A DNA stretch of 63,014 bases, counting the filler, from Octopus bimaculoides (Eukaryota), in NCBI RefSeq assembly GCF_001194135.2. It is 5 parts of 5 records of this genome, joined end to end, with 100 filler letters (N's around TTAATTAATTAA, not from the genome) between each part and the next. Parts side by side here need not be neighbours in the genome. Positions count along the whole stretch, not along the records: positions 1 to 27,138 come from NC_068985.1; positions 27,239 to 52,891 come from NC_068982.1; 3 more parts are not named here. One strand, written 5' to 3'. The notes under the pieces were generated by a model. It worked only from the letters and a program-made list of their open reading frames with translations, ran no database searches and was not told where the DNA came from. The position numbers and the translations under genes are program-made. How positions within the stretch are numbered: the first letter of the stretch is position 1; every line of letters begins with the position of its first letter. This document shows, piece after piece, positions 26,875 to 38,053 of the stretch.

Positions 26875-27060
26875 GTGCAGGTACGTGATTTAGCGGTTAA
26901 GTGGTTGCTCTCATGAACGTAAGGTAGAGATTTCAATTCCCGTACTGGCTGGTGCATTATGCACTTGAACAATAAACTTCACTTCATGTTCCTGTAGTCC
27001 ACTCAGCTGGCAAAAACGAGGTAACTTGCAAAGTGCAGGAGTCCTATCTTGGGAATAGCG
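26875..27060 (+). mobile_element. Degenerate tRNA-headed SINE
   Basis: A-box-like tgatttagcggttaag, B-box-like gatttcaattccc, CORE-like gcacttgaacaa, and gtccactcagctg. Confidence 0.4.
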
Positions 27061-27138
27061 CAAATATTCTCCACACAATCCAGAACAATAGCTATTGTGA
27101 TTTCTGTTATTTGTGTATGTATATATATATATATATAT

Positions 27139-27238
27139 NNNNNNNNNNNNNNNNNNNNNNNNNNNNNNNNNNNNNNNNNNNNTTAATTAATTAANNNNNN
27201 NNNNNNNNNNNNNNNNNNNNNNNNNNNNNNNNNNNNNN
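27139..27238. other. Artificial 100-bp scaffold linker N44-TTAATTAATTAA-N44
   Basis: Same 44+12+44 layout four times in the window. Confidence 0.92.
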
Positions 27239-27289
<51 letters not shown>

Positions 27290-27958
27290 CGTGTGTGTCT
27301 GCAGGAAAGATTTTGTAAAGAGCAAGTGGTAGTGGGATGAAGCAGTAAGCATAACCCCAAAGAGAGATGGATGGATGGACAAAACAATTTATCAACATCA
27401 TGCATTATCCGCTTTCAGCAGATTGGACACCATGGATTGCAGTCTCAGTTTTTATGCTGTTTTGGTATTTTAAAACTTTTCAATTCTTGATATTATACAA
27501 ATACATATCTCTTGAGGGGTTTTCATCCCTTCTTTCCATGCATTTTGTCTTCTACTGGAAATCTCTAGAAGTCGTTTTATCTCATTATCGTCGTACTCAT
27601 AAAAAAGTCAAACAATATAAAAAATATATAATAGATCCAACTAGGGAGTGTCTATGTGGCTACCCGAACTGCCAGAAGTAGCAAGCAAATCGCCCTCAAA
27701 TTCCACACCTTTCTCTCTCATAAAAGAAGATCACAGTGAATAATGTGGTCCTGGGTTACATTGTGGTTGGAAAAAAAAAGACGGCATGGTCGCGATTGGA
27801 ACGCCTTTAGTCATAGATCTACTAGCTATTAACTTACATCACTCTCCTACACCACCAATAGCTGTAAGTACTCTGCTACTACTGTTGCTACCTTACTGCT
27901 GCTGCTGCTGCAACTACTACTACTACTACTACTACTACTGTTGTTTTGTTTATTTCAG

Positions 27959-28079
27959 ATTATTTGCAAGTAACAGAAGGCAACAGCGACTAGCAGATGA
28001 AATACAAGCAGTGATTGAACTGGAAAATTGGCGCCCAGCCCCTCCGCTGAAGATCTATAAAGGAATAACTACTTCATAA
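27959..28079 (+). CDS. Candidate terminal coding exon of an unidentified host gene
   Basis: Pyrimidine-rich acceptor ttgttttgtttatttcag|, then LFASNRRQQRLADEIQAVIELENWRPAPPLKIYKGITTS*; no TE motif recognised, no homology established. Confidence 0.3.
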
Positions 28080-28359
28080 TAGTTCAGGACAAAAAAAAAA
28101 AAGATTAATCGCAGAAAAACCCCACGTTTCATGTAAATTTGCACTGACTCCATAACTTTGGTGTAAAAAGAAAAAAGACCGCATGAGAAATTCTTTTCTT
28201 TTTTATTCTTTTCTTTTTTATGTATTCAGCCTAAAGGCTGTGACCATTCTGGGGCATATATNNNNNNNNNNNNNNNNNNNNNNNNNNNNNNNNNNNNNNN
28301 NNNNNNNNNNNNNNNNNNNNNNNNNNNNNNNNNNNNCGTATTAAATGTTTGTTGTTGTA

Positions 28360-28512
28360 TTGCCGTTATTGATTTGAAAAATCGGTAGCGGTCCTGCTCA
28401 ACATTGTTTTCTATCCTTCCAATGCTGATAAAAAAGTTCTAATCAAGTATTAGGATAAACGGCATCGACTAATCTCCCTCCCTTCAAAATTGCTGGCCTT
28501 GTGCCTAAAAAA
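28360..28512 (+). mobile_element. Degenerate SINE family A
   Basis: 3' motif caaaattgctggccttgtgcc. Confidence 0.5.
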
Positions 28513-28610
28513 TCAGTCGGTAGAAAACACACTAAATAAAAACTAAATAAAAAATGGTGTCCGCCAAATAAGAAAAATCCGCCATTATTTTTATGACGTT
28601 GGAATAAAGC

Positions 28611-28790
28611 TTTGCGGTATTTCTTTCAGCTCTTCATCTTAGTTCAGAGCTCGTCGAGCTCAACATTGTCTTTCATCCTTCTGAGATTAATGAAACAAAG
28701 TAGCAGTCAAGTATTGGATTCGGTAGTATCGACCAACCACCACCCCACCATATATGCTCAGGCCTTGTGCCTATACTAGAAACAATTATT
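28611..28790 (+). mobile_element. Degenerate SINE family A
   Basis: gcggtatttc...gtctttcatcctt...ggccttgtgcctatactagaaacaattatt. Confidence 0.6.
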
Positions 28791-28802
28791 GCAAATGTTG
28801 CA

Positions 28803-28977
28803 AAGGCGGCGAGCTGGCTGAATCGTTAGCACGCCGGGCGAAATGCTTAGCAGCATTTCGTCCGTCTTCACGTTCTGAGTTCAAATTCCGCCGGGGTTGA
28901 CTCCGTCTTTCATCCTTTCGGGGTCGATAAAATAAGTACTTTCTGAGCACTGGAATCGATGTAATCGATTTACTCCC
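28803..28977 (+). mobile_element. SINE family A with intact head
   Basis: ggcggcgagctggctgaatcgttagcacgccgggcgaaatgcttagc...gagttcaaattccgcc...ctttcggggtcgataaaataagtac. Confidence 0.9.
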
Positions 28978-29526
28978 GCCAGCTACACAAAATTATCAGT
29001 ATTGTAGATGTTGCTGTATTAGCATAACTTGTTGAGCATTGGTATTTAGTAACAACTATATCCTCTATGGTTGGCTTTTACTTTCGTTCTTCTTCTGTCG
29101 ATAAGATACGTATAATCAAAGTACTATACTCCTTTCCTAATTTGAGGTATTGAGTTTATGTTACATAGCTATATTATATCAAAGGTACATAGACATAAAT
29201 TACTGTTAGAAATGTTTTGAGAGCGATAAAGTTAGAGAATGTAAGTCTAGATGATTTTCAGTAATTAATTGTGAATTGTAATATCTTTGTTTCCTTATGC
29301 GATTTATGCTTTTTAACTAGTAGTTTTCCGCGCCCAATCCCTTCCTAATCAGGCACAGTCAACACCCAACGGAAATCACAGATGAAAGTAACAGTTTCGG
29401 TCAAAGTGGTCACTTTCCATTTAATTACTATAAATAACTAGCTGGCCTGTGCCGTCAAAAATGACAGCTAATTGTAGCATTTTATATATAAATAAGGTAC
29501 AAAACAAGGTACATAATAATCACAGA

Positions 29527-29777
29527 TACATACATTCATATACTTCCCTTGTACACGCACACATATACACACATATACTGACACAGAGTTGAAACGCTGT
29601 TTGATTTTCTTTTCAGCATTGAATGTTCACCATCCCAATTCCAATGCACACGCACACACACGCACACACATACACATTCACATGACTCCCTTTTACATAT
29701 ACACACACATACTCACGCATAGTTGAAACGGTGTTTGCTTTTTTTTCACTGTAGGACTCCCATCATCCCACTACCAA
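29527..29777. repeat. Diverged local tandem duplication (~115-140-bp unit)
   Basis: agttgaaacgctgtttg...catcccaattccaa versus agttgaaacggtgtttg...catcccactaccaa. Confidence 0.6.
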
Positions 29778-29889
29778 GTTTGCCATTACCCCTTCCTTCC
29801 TTATTCATCTATCACCCCTTCCTTTCTCATTCATGTGTTGTGTCGGAGAAAGACACAAGAGTATTATTATAGCAGATGGTTTCTAGTTT

Positions 29890-30078
29890 AGGTACAAGAC
29901 GAGAAATTTTAAAGGCAAGGTTTAAGTCGACACCATCGATCCCAGCGCATGACTTACTATATTTTATCAACCCCGAAAGGAGAAAAAGCAAAGTTGACCC
30001 TGCCAATTTGGACTCAGAATGTAACGAGCCAAAGCAAATACCGTAAGGCATTTATCCAGCCCTCTAACGACTCTGCCA
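29890..30078 (-). mobile_element. Degenerate SINE family A
   Basis: ttttatcaaccccgaaagg...gcaaagttgacc...ctcagaatgtaacg...aaataccg...aacgactctgcca. Confidence 0.7.
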
Positions 30079-30299
30079 AACACAAAGTCGCTTATTAACT
30101 AACGGTACATAATTTGTACATATTGATGATACGTTTATTTAATGGTTTTGCGTTTAAGTGAAAAAATTAAGATTTACTAAACATCTTAAAATAAACAAGC
30201 CCCCGCCCACCAAAAGCAATAGATTGGTCATTCATTGTAGTTTTGGTTGTGACTTTTTCCTACAGTTATTTTCATTGATTCATTTAGCTGGGCTGTATA

Positions 30300-30660
30300 A
30301 CAGAAGTACATGGTCATAAAACTCATGCACTGAGATTTTTCTGTGATGCAAAGATTTCGTGTACTATATCGTCCATTATACTTACTTCTTTTGGCAATGA
30401 TTCCCTGGTTTATGAGTGAGTTACTCATCAACCGTTCCTCAGCTTCCATACATACTTAGACAGTGATGATGCATCGCACTTGTTTATATTCAGAAACGAA
30501 GACATGTGTTGTGAAACTCTTTCCCTAACGGTATTCGTTGCTTATCCAATACAGGCCTTTAATGTACCATCAACATGGGAAATATCGGTTCCATGCACCA
30601 GCTCCTTCTCGAGGCATTTGTTGTTTAAGGAACAGTAGTTAGATCTGCAGTTATATAGTC
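30300..30660 (-). mobile_element. Penelope-like element remnant (GIY-YIG endonuclease)
   Basis: Minus translation YNCRSNYCSLNNKCL...KACIG.ATNTVRERVSQHMSSF...SSLSKYVWKL, then after a frameshift IIAKRSKYN...RNLCITEK. Confidence 0.8.
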
Positions 30661-31172
30661 ATTTGTTACGGGTGCCAACTCTATCACCTTAGTTGTAGAA
30701 AAATATTTGTTAACCTACATCACAGAGGAATCTCTTACTAATTATGCATCAGAGAAAAGTTACAAGTCTTCTAACAGATTCCTACCCCAAAAAGAACCAT
30801 AACTTCAACCCGGCTAACTCTTTCCATTCCAATACGACAAGCACACAAAACTCACACTGCCTTCAAATCTCAAACCGCACCCACCATCCAACTCTAATGG
30901 ACAACACTACAACGATAAGAAAAAAACATCAAAACACACCTACATGCCAAACCAACCAACATGCTTCACTCACATACATTCACTCCCCACCTGCCCATAT
31001 ATTGGACTAAATACTGTAATTTGCACTTCATCTAGCACAATTGTCATTCAGTATTCCCTCAAAGTGAACAACGTTCATCCAGTACATGTTCATCATAATG
31101 CACCTATCATCCAAATCACGTTCACATACTATGCAAACCGAGATTAAATATATACTTACACACACAAGCACG

Positions 31173-31255
<83 letters not shown>

Positions 31256-31611
31256 GATAAAGTAGAATAAAGAGTGACGATGGCCTTCTTCAGCAAGACT
31301 TATATTATTAAGAAACAAACACGACAGAAAGAGTACACTGCAATCAGTGACCGAGGTAGCGATTTTCCCTACAAAGCGAGACACCAGTCCGTGACAGGGT
31401 AACTTATTTCTAGCTGAGTGGACTGCAGCAACGGGAAAGAAAGAGTTTTGTTGAGGAACACAATGCACCGTTTGGTGCGAGAATCGAAACCACGTTATGT
31501 CGATCTTAAGCACAATACCCAAAAGGCCATGCACTTTACACACACACAAACAGACACACATACACACGCACGCACACACACTCACACATACACGCGCGCG
31601 CATGTGCGTGA

Positions 31612-31680
31612 CGGTGCATGGCCAAGTGGTTAGAGTGTTGCACTCACGATCGTTTGATCGTGGTTTCAATTACTAGATAG
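31612..31680 (+). mobile_element. tRNA-derived SINE head truncated by a gap
   Basis: A-box tggccaagtgg; B-box-like ggtttcaattac. Confidence 0.55.
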
Positions 31681-32151
31681 NNNNNNNNNNNNNNNNNNNN
31701 NNNNNNNNNNNNNNNNNNNNNNNNNNNNNNNNNNNNNNNNNNNNNNNNNNNNNNNNNNNNNNNNNNNNNNNNNNNNNNNNNNNNNNNNNNNNNNNNNNNN
31801 NNNNNNNNNNNNNNNNNNNNNNNNNNNNNNNNNNNNNNNNNNNNNNNNNNNNNNNNNNNNNNNNNNNNNNNNNNNNNNNNNNNNNNNNNNNNNNNNNNNN
31901 NNNNNNNNNNNNNNNNNNNNNNNNNNNNNNNNNNNNNNNNNNNNNNNNNNNNNNNNNNNNNNNNNNNNNNNNNNNNNNNNNNNNNNNNNNNNNNNNNNNN
32001 NNNNNNNNNNNNNNNATATATATATATATATATATATATATACTATGTGGTAAGAGTTTCAATAAGCAGTATAGTACTAGATCAGTTAAGAGAGTAGAGA
32101 TATTATTATACTAAACGTCACAAAAAGCCTTATAAAAAGTTTTATAAAAAG

Positions 32152-32208
32152 CAGCTAGCAATGGTTTCCTGGCCAAAATATTAATTTATATCGCCGTTTA
32201 TCAAGCTG
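32152..32208 (-). ncRNA. Degenerate hammerhead-like motif in the 3' flank of a Penelope remnant
   Basis: Minus: CAGC TTGATAA ...ggc...gcc AG GAAAC CATTG CTA GCTG. Stem I CAGC/GCTG intact; core positions mutated. Confidence 0.35.
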
Positions 32209-32369
32209 GAAAAAACAAGACGGTTTGGTGACTACGTTCGATGCAATCGACGTTTGAACGAGCACACAACAAAGAGAATCAAAGAGAAGATAATAAACTT
32301 TACTGTAAATATAACACCAGTACCTTACAAATATCAAAATTACATAAACCGACACTGCAATGGTTCATG

Positions 32370-32845
32370 ATGTGTCAGATTGTTTCTCCTTCATTTCCGT
32401 TAAGATGTATTTTTTTAAAATGTGGACATAAAAATATATCATTCCTGATTTTTACAGAGTCACTGGAGGTACTTCAATTTTTTAAAAGATGCAGTTTTTC
32501 AAGCGAGCATATCGAACATAATTTCGACCCTTTAATATAGAGCTTGGTCTCAGAAAGGATCTTACATTTCTTGTTGTAGCTTATGTATTCATCCTTAAGT
32601 TTCCAGATTAATGCCAAGAGGGTCGTTGCATTTCTCTTCTCGGAGTGTCTAAAGGTTGAAAGATGGTTGTTGTATCTGGATTTTAAAATTTTCCTTTCAC
32701 AAATCCAGTATAATGCTTTGCCTCTGTCCGGCATTATTATAGTTTACTTATACCTGTGCTTCATAAACAACGGAGGATATATCGTATGACTGCCCCAGAG
32801 GACATTTAGATTTATCTCTACATGTGCATCCAGGTCAAGTCTGAG
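32370..32845 (-). mobile_element. Penelope-like element remnant (GIY-YIG endonuclease)
   Basis: CTCRDKSKCPLG...SVVYEAQV, then KSRYNNHLSTFRH...LIWKLK...CSICSLEKLHLL...RNDIFLCPH. Confidence 0.85.
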
Positions 32846-33119
32846 TCATCGGGAGTTTATTGATATAGGCCTTTACACTAGTGAGGCAGTTACCCTAGGT
32901 AGTTGTATTTCACAAGGCTTTTGTGCCTTTCATAATTATTATTATTTTATATANNNNNNNNNNNNNNNNNNNNNNNNNNNNNNNNNNNNNNNNNNNNNNN
33001 NNNNNNNNNNNNNNNNNNNNNNNNNNNNNNNNNNNNNNNNNNNNNNNNNNNNNNNNNNNNNNNNNNNNNNNNNNNNNNNNNNNNNNNNNNNNNNTATATA
33101 TATATATATATCATACATA

Positions 33120-33300
33120 AATGGAAATTTCTGTCTATCTTTTACCATCTTGCTGCTAATACCAATGAACCAATCTTGATGAAACTTTGCATACATATTA
33201 AACTGACATCCAGTTAGATTGTAAGCTAATTGGATTTCAATAAAAATCTATAAGGGTCCCCCCCCACCTACGGGGAATTGAGATATTATTTGATGAAATA
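33120..33300 (+). mobile_element. Possible non-autonomous DNA/Helitron-type repeat fragment
   Basis: ccaatcttgatgaaactttgcatacat motif after a microsatellite, reminiscent of DINE-1/HINE-type repeats; termini not visible. Confidence 0.25.
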
Positions 33301-33779
33301 AGAAAGGTGCAAGAGTGTTGGTGTGAAGGAAATGTAGTGGCATAGTGAGTGTGACTGATATCAAGAACAGAGTTGTATAAGCGACAAATATGGAGTGGCA
33401 ATGGGGTGATACGTTAATACAGCATTCATTCAGGGATATCCACGTGACGATGAATACATTCTTTCGTAAATACATAGGTACATGCATACACACACACAAA
33501 CACACACACATGCACATACACATAAGTAACTTTTAAAACACAGAGGAAGGGAAAGAAAAGTGGGTGTGAGGAATACGTAGCTTTAAGGAGAGAAGGGGCA
33601 TGTTGACAACAATTGTTCACAGGGTGCTTTTCTGCAGCCCATCGCAAGGAAACACTCACACACAGACATACACACACAGACATGGATACACATATGTATA
33701 CATACATACCTACATGTATATCTACATGCATACATGCATATGTCTACTATGCACCATTTTAAACTCGTGCTTGTGCGTT

Positions 33780-33960
<181 letters not shown>

Positions 33961-34571
33961 CACGTCCTATAACTGTCTGTCTCTCTACTTTTGTCTTGTT
34001 TCTGTCACATATTTTGAAATTTCAAAATTACGTCAAAATTTGGTATATTGAAATAATTTTCCACGTTAATTCCGATTTTGTTATTTATTTGTTTCAGAAA
34101 AATTGCAGAAAGCTGTTACTGAAGTTTAAAGTTTAATCAATTTTACTTAATCAGAAAATAGTATTTAGAAGCTGGCATTTTCTGCATGATAGCTGTCTAT
34201 CACAAAATGAAAACAAAATCATTACGAGGAGGAATTTTTATTAAACAAACGGAAACAAAGTTATAAGAACTTGACGACCAAAGTTGTAAGAACTTCTGAA
34301 GCTTTTATAAGGTTTAATGAATAAAGGCATGTGAAACGGTCGAACTGACATGTAAATTATTTTAAAAGGAAGAAAACCCTCAACGAATTTTTTTACGAAA
34401 AATTGCACAAATCTGTCCTGATCAAGGGGCGTATCTGTCGGGGAGGCATGATCTGACATGGAATAAACAAAAATTGCCCGGCTATTAACTATGACGTTAA
34501 GCACTGAAATAAGTGTTAATGTACTAGATTTCATTAAAAAATGGAATGGAGAAACAGTGACATTTAATATT

Positions 34572-35816
34572 CTTTTCTACTCTAGGCACAAGGCCCGAAA
34601 TTTTTGGTTGAGGGGGGCAGTTAACTAGATCGACCCCAGTACGCAACTGCAAAACCACAACAACAACTCGACATCACATCAATACATCAAGAGTACTAAA
34701 ATCAATTTTTGGATCCTGTGAAAATTCCTATTTTGTTCTATAAATTTGTAAAGCTTTATAACATCGTTTCATTAACCATTTGCCTGCCCAGTGTATCACA
34801 GGTGATACACAGAACTATCTTCCCAAGCGTCCATGCGTCATATATAATACACATTCCTAATTTTTTTTCAACCACCAGAGTAACTTGGGACAAATAAACG
34901 GAAAACTTTATAATAATTATAACATATGAAACAAAAGCTAANNNNNNNNNNNNNNNNNNNNNNNNNNNNNNNNNNNNNNNNNNNNNNNNNNNNNNNNNNN
35001 NNNNNNNNNNNNNNNNNNNNNNNNNNNNNNNNNNNNNNNNNNNNNNNNNNNNNNNNNNNNNNNNNNNNNNNNNNNNNNNNNNNNNNNNNNNNNNNNNNNN
35101 NNNNNNNNNNNNNNNNNNNNNNNNNNNNNNNNNNNNNNNNNNNNNNNNNNNNNNNNNNNNNNNNNNNNNNNNNNNNNNNNNNNNNNNNNNNNNNNNNNNN
35201 NNNNNNNNNNNNNNNNNNNNNNNNNNNNNNNNNNNNNNNNNNNNNNNNNNNNNNNNNNNNNNNNNNNNNNNNNNNNNNNNNNNNNNNNNNNNNNNNNNNN
35301 NNNNNNNNNNNNNNNNNNNNNNNNNNNNNNNNNNNNNNNNNNNNNNNNNNNNNNNNNNNNNNNNNNNNNNNNNNNNNNNNNNNNNNNNNNNNNNNNNNNN
35401 NNNNNNNNNNNNNNNNNNNNNNNNNNNNNNNNNNNNNNNNNNNNNNNNNNNNNNNNNNNNNNNNNNNNNNNNNNNNNNNNNNNNNNNNNNNNNNNNNNNN
35501 NNNNNNNNNNNNNNNNNNNNNNNNNNNNTTGAACTCAGAACGTAAAGACAGACGAAATACCGCTAAGCGTTTCGCCCGGCGTGCTAACGTTTCTTATTTC
35601 TTTACTGCCCACAAGAGACTAAGCATAGAGGGGACAAACAAGGACAGACAAAGATTACATCGACCCCAGTGCGTAACTGGTACTTAATTTATCGACCTCG
35701 AAAGAATGAAAGGCAAAGTCGACCTCGGCGGAATTTGAACTCAGAACGTAAAGACAGACGAAATACCGCTAAGCATTTCGCCCGGCGTGCTAACGTTTCT
35801 TCCAGCTCGCCACCTT
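34572..35816 (-). mobile_element. SINE family A dimer/nested pair with 16-bp TSD, interrupted by duplicated sequence and a gap
   Basis: TSD agtgacatttaatatt at 34556-34571 and 35817-35832. SINE 3' end 34572-34649, SINE 5' part 35529-35596, second SINE with a gggacaaacaaggacagac tail 35597-35816. Confidence 0.85.
34644..34941 (+). repeat. Copy of 38985-39282 (about 270 bp apparently identical), likely a mis-join
   Basis: Identical ORFs at 34709 and 39050 (offset 4341); joins the SINE at CAACTG and ends at a gap. Confidence 0.9.
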
Positions 35817-36479
35817 AGTGACATTTAATATTAGTTTCTGAAAGTGATATTATGATTGAAAATTTATTTGCCTGACTTTATAACAAGTTTTATTTTAATC
35901 TATGCCTTTTCTCACTAGTTAATCTATGGCATTAGTTTCATATTCAACAGGTCGACTGACGCCCCAGTTCTTCAATCGCCAACGGTTACTTCATTTTTAT
36001 TCATTTCGATCTAATTTTCTCATAATTATATTTTCGTACGACCTTTCAAGAACCTAAATACCACATTATTTACTAAATTATTTTCTGTTGATTTTTACCC
36101 CCTGCTACGATTTATCAACCGACTACGTAATTAGCTCCATTTATATCGTATTCAGTCTAGTATTGTAGTATTTATTTCAGTATTACCTTTAAAGAGTTTA
36201 TATTACACTACATACCTACCTATCCCTTTCTCAAACTTGTACAAGCAAAGTCAAGTGTAAATGTAGACATAAAGACATGTCTATACAGAAATAGTTTTCT
36301 ATTGCTTTTTAAGTAACATTTCATTGGAATAGAAGGAAAAAGCAAACAAGAACGAGTAGAACAAGAAGAATAAAAACAACAAAGAAATCAATGACAATAA
36401 CAATAACAGCAGTGGTAATAAAAAAATAACAAAAATATAGAAATTATGAATTCTAGAAAAATCAGTGGTTTTGAGGAAA

Positions 36480-36585
36480 AAGGATAGGATAAATCGTCCC
36501 CACCCTAGTACTTGACTGGTACTTTATTTTATCGAGGCTGGAAATATGAAAGAAAAAATTGACTGCGCCTGACTTGGAATCAGGA
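36480..36585 (-). mobile_element. Degenerate SINE family A fragment
   Basis: ccctagtacttgactggtactttattttatcgag...atgaaag. Confidence 0.45.
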
Positions 36586-36964
36586 AGTAAGGTCAGATTT
36601 CTCCAGATCAGATTTGGGGGCATCCACTATTTATTAGCATTCCTTACACCTAGCGGATGACACCTTTGCACCACTCAGGCGACAACCCCTTCTCCAACCC
36701 AACCTAATTGAGTCGGTTTGGAAAGTCATTGCTGGTGAGGGTTTTACGAGGTCAGAGTGCACATCCTACAACTTCTTTTAGTCACCTGTTACGACATGCA
36801 AAGGAAACATTGGGTCTACTCTTTAACACGACGGTCCCCACACAGCACAGGCAAGGTAAGGAACATAACTAAATATTTCAGCTTTTTTGCATAGTGGCTT
36901 ATCGAATCTACTACCCACAGTTCTTGTTCTGACATTAATAATTTACTTCTGAGGGATCGCCACG

Positions 36965-37159
36965 GAATACAACATAAAGTGGAAGATATTAGAGAAATGT
37001 AAAGCTTACTTCAATAGCATCAGGAAATGCAGTCTATGCCTGGTTGAGAGAAGAGCTATATTAAAGAAATCTCAGCGCCTAGGCATCTATCTGAACAGCA
37101 GAAGTGAAATTTTTAATCCTTGCCCACATGAAAGGAAGTACATCCTATCATACCTGTGA
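36965..37159 (+). mobile_element. Penelope-like element remnant (endonuclease C-terminus, open frame)
   Basis: EYNIKWKILEKCKAYFNSIRKCSLCLVERRAILKKSQRLGIYLNSRSEIFNPCPHERKYILSYL*. Confidence 0.85.
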
Positions 37160-37229
37160 CTATAACAGCACTCCCACCACCAATATCTGGGAATCCGGTA
37201 AAAGTTTGACCAGAACATACACAAACGCA

Positions 37230-37267
<38 letters not shown>

Positions 37268-38020
37268 NNNNNNNNNNNNNNNNNNNNNNNNNNNNNNNNN
37301 NNNNNNNNNNNNNNNNNNNNNNNNNNNNNNNNNNNNNNNNNNNNNNNNNNNNNNNNNNNNNNNNNNNNNNNNNNNNNNNNNNNNNNNNNNNNNNNNNNNN
37401 NNNNNNNNNNNNNNNNNNNNNNNNNNNNNNNNNNNNNNNNNNNNNNNNNNNNNNNNNNNNNNNNNNNNNNNNNNNNNNNNNNNNNNNNNNNNNNNNNNNN
37501 NNNNNNNNNNNNNNNNNNNNNNNNNNNNNNNNNNNNNNNNNNNNNNNNNNNNNNNNNNNNNNNNNNNNNNNNNNNNNNNNNNNNNNNNNNNNNNNNNNNN
37601 NNNNNNNNNNNNNNNNNNNNNNNNNNNNNNNNNNNNNNNNNNNNNNNNNNNNNNNNNNNNNNNNNNNNNNNNNNNNNNNNNNNNNNNNNNNNNNNNNNNN
37701 NNNNNNNNNNNNNNNNNNNNNNNNNNNNNNNNNNNNNNNNNNNNNNNNNNNNNNNNNNNNNNNNNNNNNNNNNNNNNNNNNNNNNNNNNNNNNNNNNNNN
37801 NNNNNNNNNNNNNNNNNNNNNNNNNNNNNNNNNNNNNNNNNNNNNNNNNNNNNNNNNNNNNNNNNNNNNNNNNNNNNNNNNNNNNNNNNNNNNNNNNNNN
37901 NNNNNNNNNNNNNNNNNNNNNNNNNNNNNNNNNNNNNNNNNNNNNNNNNNNNNNNNNNNNNNNNNNNNNNNNNNNNNNNNNNNNNNNNNNNNNNNNNNNN
38001 NNNNNNNNNNNNNNNNNNNN

Positions 38021-38053
<33 letters not shown>

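Noticed and set aside
30744-31147. CA-rich short ORFs next to a Penelope remnant
   Set aside because: Could not be assigned to any family or domain with confidence.
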